Below, piece after piece: positions 9,386 through 11,624 of a DNA stretch of 11,624 nt (positions are counted from its first letter, which is position 1; each line of letters begins with the position of its first letter). The stretch covers positions 1 through 11,624 of the forward strand of contig JBFMAY010000067.1 of NCBI GenBank assembly GCA_040755455.1, read 5' to 3'. A program made the translations under genes and the position numbers. The notes under the pieces were generated by a model. That model was not told where the DNA came from. It saw nothing but the letters and a program-made list of their open reading frames with translations, and searched no databases. The stretch is from Thermodesulfobacteriota bacterium (GTDB lineage Bacteria; Desulfobacterota; Desulfobulbia; Desulfobulbales; SURF-16).

Positions 9386-11470
9386 GTGACAAACAACATC
9401 TCTCTGGCGCGACTGCGCAATATCGGCATCATGGCCCATATCGATGCAGGGAAAACGACCACTACTGAGAGGATACTGTATTATACCGGACGTACCCATA
9501 AGATGGGTGAAGTGCATGACGGAGCAGCTGTCATGGACTGGATGGAGCAGGAGCAGGAGCGGGGGATCACCATCACCTCTGCTGCAACGACCTGCACCTG
9601 GAAGAACCATAGAATTAATATAATAGACACCCCGGGACATGTTGATTTTACCATCGAGGTAGAACGTTGCCTGCGGGTGCTGGATGGAGTCATAGCGGTT
9701 TTCTGTGCGGTGGGCGGGGTTGAGCCCCAGTCGGAAACGGTGTGGCGCCAGGCGGACAAATATGCAATTCCTCGAATTGCATTTGTCAATAAGATGGATC
9801 GGGTCGGCGCGGATTTCGAGCGCTGTATAAGCATGATGGTAAAGAGATTGAATGCCAATCCTTTACCCGTGCAAATCCCGGTGGGTGCTGAGGAGAATTT
9901 TCAAGGTGTAATAGACCTCATCACCGGCAAGATGCTTGTTTTTGATGAAGAATCACAGGGATTTCTCGTTTCTGAATTAGATTTACCTGATGATCTCATA
10001 GATACGTTCACGGCTGCACGTGTGACCCTCGTCGAGAAGCTGGCCGACTTCGATGAGGGGGTCATGGAAAAATATCTGGAAGAGCAAACCATATCCGCGG
10101 ACGAGCTGAGAAAAGCGATACGGACGGCAACACTGAAGCTGCAGGTTGTCCCTGTATTTTGCGGGAGCGCCTTTAAGAATAAAGGTGTGCAACCCTTGCT
10201 TGACGCGGTAGTTTCCTATTTGCCTTCACCAACAGATGTTCCACCAGTCGAAGGATTAAATAGTAAAGGCGAAGTCGTTACGCGAAGAACCGGTGCCAGT
10301 GAAAGGTTTTGTGCCTTGGCATTCAAGCTGGCGAGCGACCCTTTTGTTGGAAATCTTGCCTACATCCGGGTTTACTCAGGTGAACTCAAGATTGGCAGCA
10401 AGGCTTACAATCCTGGAAAGAAGAAACAGGAAAAGATAAGCCGTATTGTCAAGATGCATTCCAACAAGCGTGAAGATGTTGACAAGGTTGGCCCGGGTGA
10501 TATCGCGGCAGTTATCGGCCTGCGGTATACAACCACCGGGGATACCCTCTGCGAGGCGGGGGATGATATCCTGCTGGAAAGCATGGATTTCCCCGAACCG
10601 GTGATAAGTATTGCCATCGAGCCGAAGAGTAAGGCGGATGAAGAAAAACTGCATGACAGTTTAAACAAGATCTCGCTTGAGGATCCCTCATTTAAAATAA
10701 GAACGGATGCTGATACCGGGCAGACGATTATTTCAGGGATGGGTGAGCTGCACCTGGAAATCATTGTTGATCGACTGATCCGTGAATTTAAGGTTTCAGC
10801 TAATGTCGGACCGCCGCAGGTCGCCTATAAAGAAACGATTGAAGCAGAAGCCAACGCGGAAGGCAAATTCGTTCAGCAGGCAGGAGTCAGACCGCAGTAT
10901 GGTCATGTATGGCTTGCGGTTGAGCCCAATGAACGCGGAAAAGGCTTAGTTTTTGAAAGCAGAATTGATGAGGAGTTGATTCCCAAGGAATTCATTCCCG
11001 CAATTAAAAAAGGCGTTGAAGGCAGTTTGGAAGGCGGACCCTTGGCAGGCTTTCCGGTCATCGATGTGAAGGTCGCCCTGGTGGATGGCTCTTATCATGA
11101 TGAGGATTCAACGGAGCAGGCCTTTGCCGTTGCGGCAACAATTGCATTAAGAAATGCCCTTGCCCAGGCTGCTCCGATACTACTGGAGCCTGTGATGAAT
11201 GTTGAGGTCATAGTCCCGGAGAAGTTTGTCGGTGATGTGATCGCCGATCTCAACAGCAGAAGGGCGCGAATAAACGGTATTGAAACCCGTGAAAATGGAT
11301 ACCAGGTGATTTCGGCACAGGCTCCATTGGTCGGGATGTTCGGTTATTCAACTGATCTCAGATCCGCCTCACAGGGCAGGGCTAATTTTACGATGCAGTT
11401 TGCTGTTTACGATAAGATTGCGGAAAAAACAGCAGAAGCCATAGTTAGAAAAGTGAAAGGATTAATTTAA
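9386..11470 (+). CDS. fusA: Elongation factor G (str-operon copy; divergent domain IV, possibly spdEFG2-type)
   Basis: 694 aa with GTG start. G1 [10 protein letters not shown]2 ERGITI, G3 DTPGHVDF, G4 NKMDR, G5 [10 protein letters not shown]; domain III EDPSF and GMGELHLEI; domain V LLEP and [10 protein letters not shown]. Located between rpsG and tuf. Confidence 0.97.
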   Translation: MTNNISLARLRNIGIMAHIDAGKTTTTERILYYTGRTHKMGEVHDGAAVMDWMEQEQERGITITSAATTCTWKNHRINIIDTPGHVDFTIEVERCLRVLDGVIAVFCAVGGVEPQSETVWRQADKYAIPRIAFVNKMDRVGADFERCISMMVKRLNANPLPVQIPVGAEENFQGVIDLITGKMLVFDEESQGFLVSELDLPDDLIDTFTAARVTLVEKLADFDEGVMEKYLEEQTISADELRKAIRTATLKLQVVPVFCGSAFKNKGVQPLLDAVVSYLPSPTDVPPVEGLNSKGEVVTRRTGASERFCALAFKLASDPFVGNLAYIRVYSGELKIGSKAYNPGKKKQEKISRIVKMHSNKREDVDKVGPGDIAAVIGLRYTTTGDTLCEAGDDILLESMDFPEPVISIAIEPKSKADEEKLHDSLNKISLEDPSFKIRTDADTGQTIISGMGELHLEIIVDRLIREFKVSANVGPPQVAYKETIEAEANAEGKFVQQAGVRPQYGHVWLAVEPNERGKGLVFESRIDEELIPKEFIPAIKKGVEGSLEGGPLAGFPVIDVKVALVDGSYHDEDSTEQAFAVAATIALRNALAQAAPILLEPVMNVEVIVPEKFVGDVIADLNSRRARINGIETRENGYQVISAQAPLVGMFGYSTDLRSASQGRANFTMQFAVYDKIAEKTAEAIVRKVKGLI

Positions 11471-11486
11471 GAAAATCCGAATGTAT

Positions 11487-11490
11487 GAGG
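11487..11490 (+). promoter_or_regulatory. Shine-Dalgarno sequence of tuf
   Basis: GAGG, 7 nt upstream of ATG 11498. Confidence 0.65.
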
Positions 11491-11497
11491 CAAAGTA

Positions 11498-11624
11498 ATG
11501 GCAAAGGAAAAGTTTGAACGCACTAAACCCCATGTAAATATTGGAACAATAGGTCATATAGACCACGGCAAGACCACCTTGACAGCGGCAATCACCCAGG
11601 TTCTGGCCACCAAAGGATTGGCAA
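11498..11624 (+). CDS. tuf: Elongation factor Tu, N-terminal 42 codons (runs off the window; absent from the ORF track)
   Basis: Manual translation: [42 protein letters not shown], which is the EF-Tu N-terminus with P-loop GHIDHGKT. Confidence 0.98.
   Translation, partial: MAKEKFERTKPHVNIGTIGHIDHGKTTLTAAITQVLATKGLA

Noticed and set aside
9386..11470. fusA as a TetM/TetO ribosomal protection protein, EF-G II or a pseudogene
   Set aside because: Full length and uninterrupted, with canonical EF-G GTPase motifs ([20 protein letters not shown]), no TetM-type YSPVSTP loop, and located in the str operon.
1..11624. CRISPR arrays, IS elements, tRNA/rRNA genes, retron- or DGR-like repeats
   Set aside because: All spacers are 160 nt or shorter. 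None shows periodic repeats, a cloverleaf, terminal inverted repeats or a long DNA duplication. The window is almost fully explained by six housekeeping CDSs.

Overview
Core housekeeping region, entirely on the + strand: rpoB-rpoC-rpsL-rpsG-fusA-tuf (tuf is cut by the right edge). The RNA polymerase beta/beta' genes sit directly against the str operon. The proteins look deltaproteobacterial (Desulfobacterota-like), which is an inference from sequence style and lineage-specific inserts, not a database result. I see no mobile element, CRISPR array, RNA gene, intein, intron or accessory gene, and I cannot support a previously undescribed system here. The most notable feature is the str-operon EF-G. 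Its GTPase motifs are intact, but the normally near-invariant domain IV tip loops are eroded (QxGGxGQ to QAGVRPQ, GG to EE, VDSS to EDST), and the gene has a GTG start and many rare codons. This fits a spdEFG2/mtEF-G2-like factor specialised for ribosome recycling rather than the main translocase. The other findings are small candidate regulatory structures in the spacers. All pairings and counts were done by eye.
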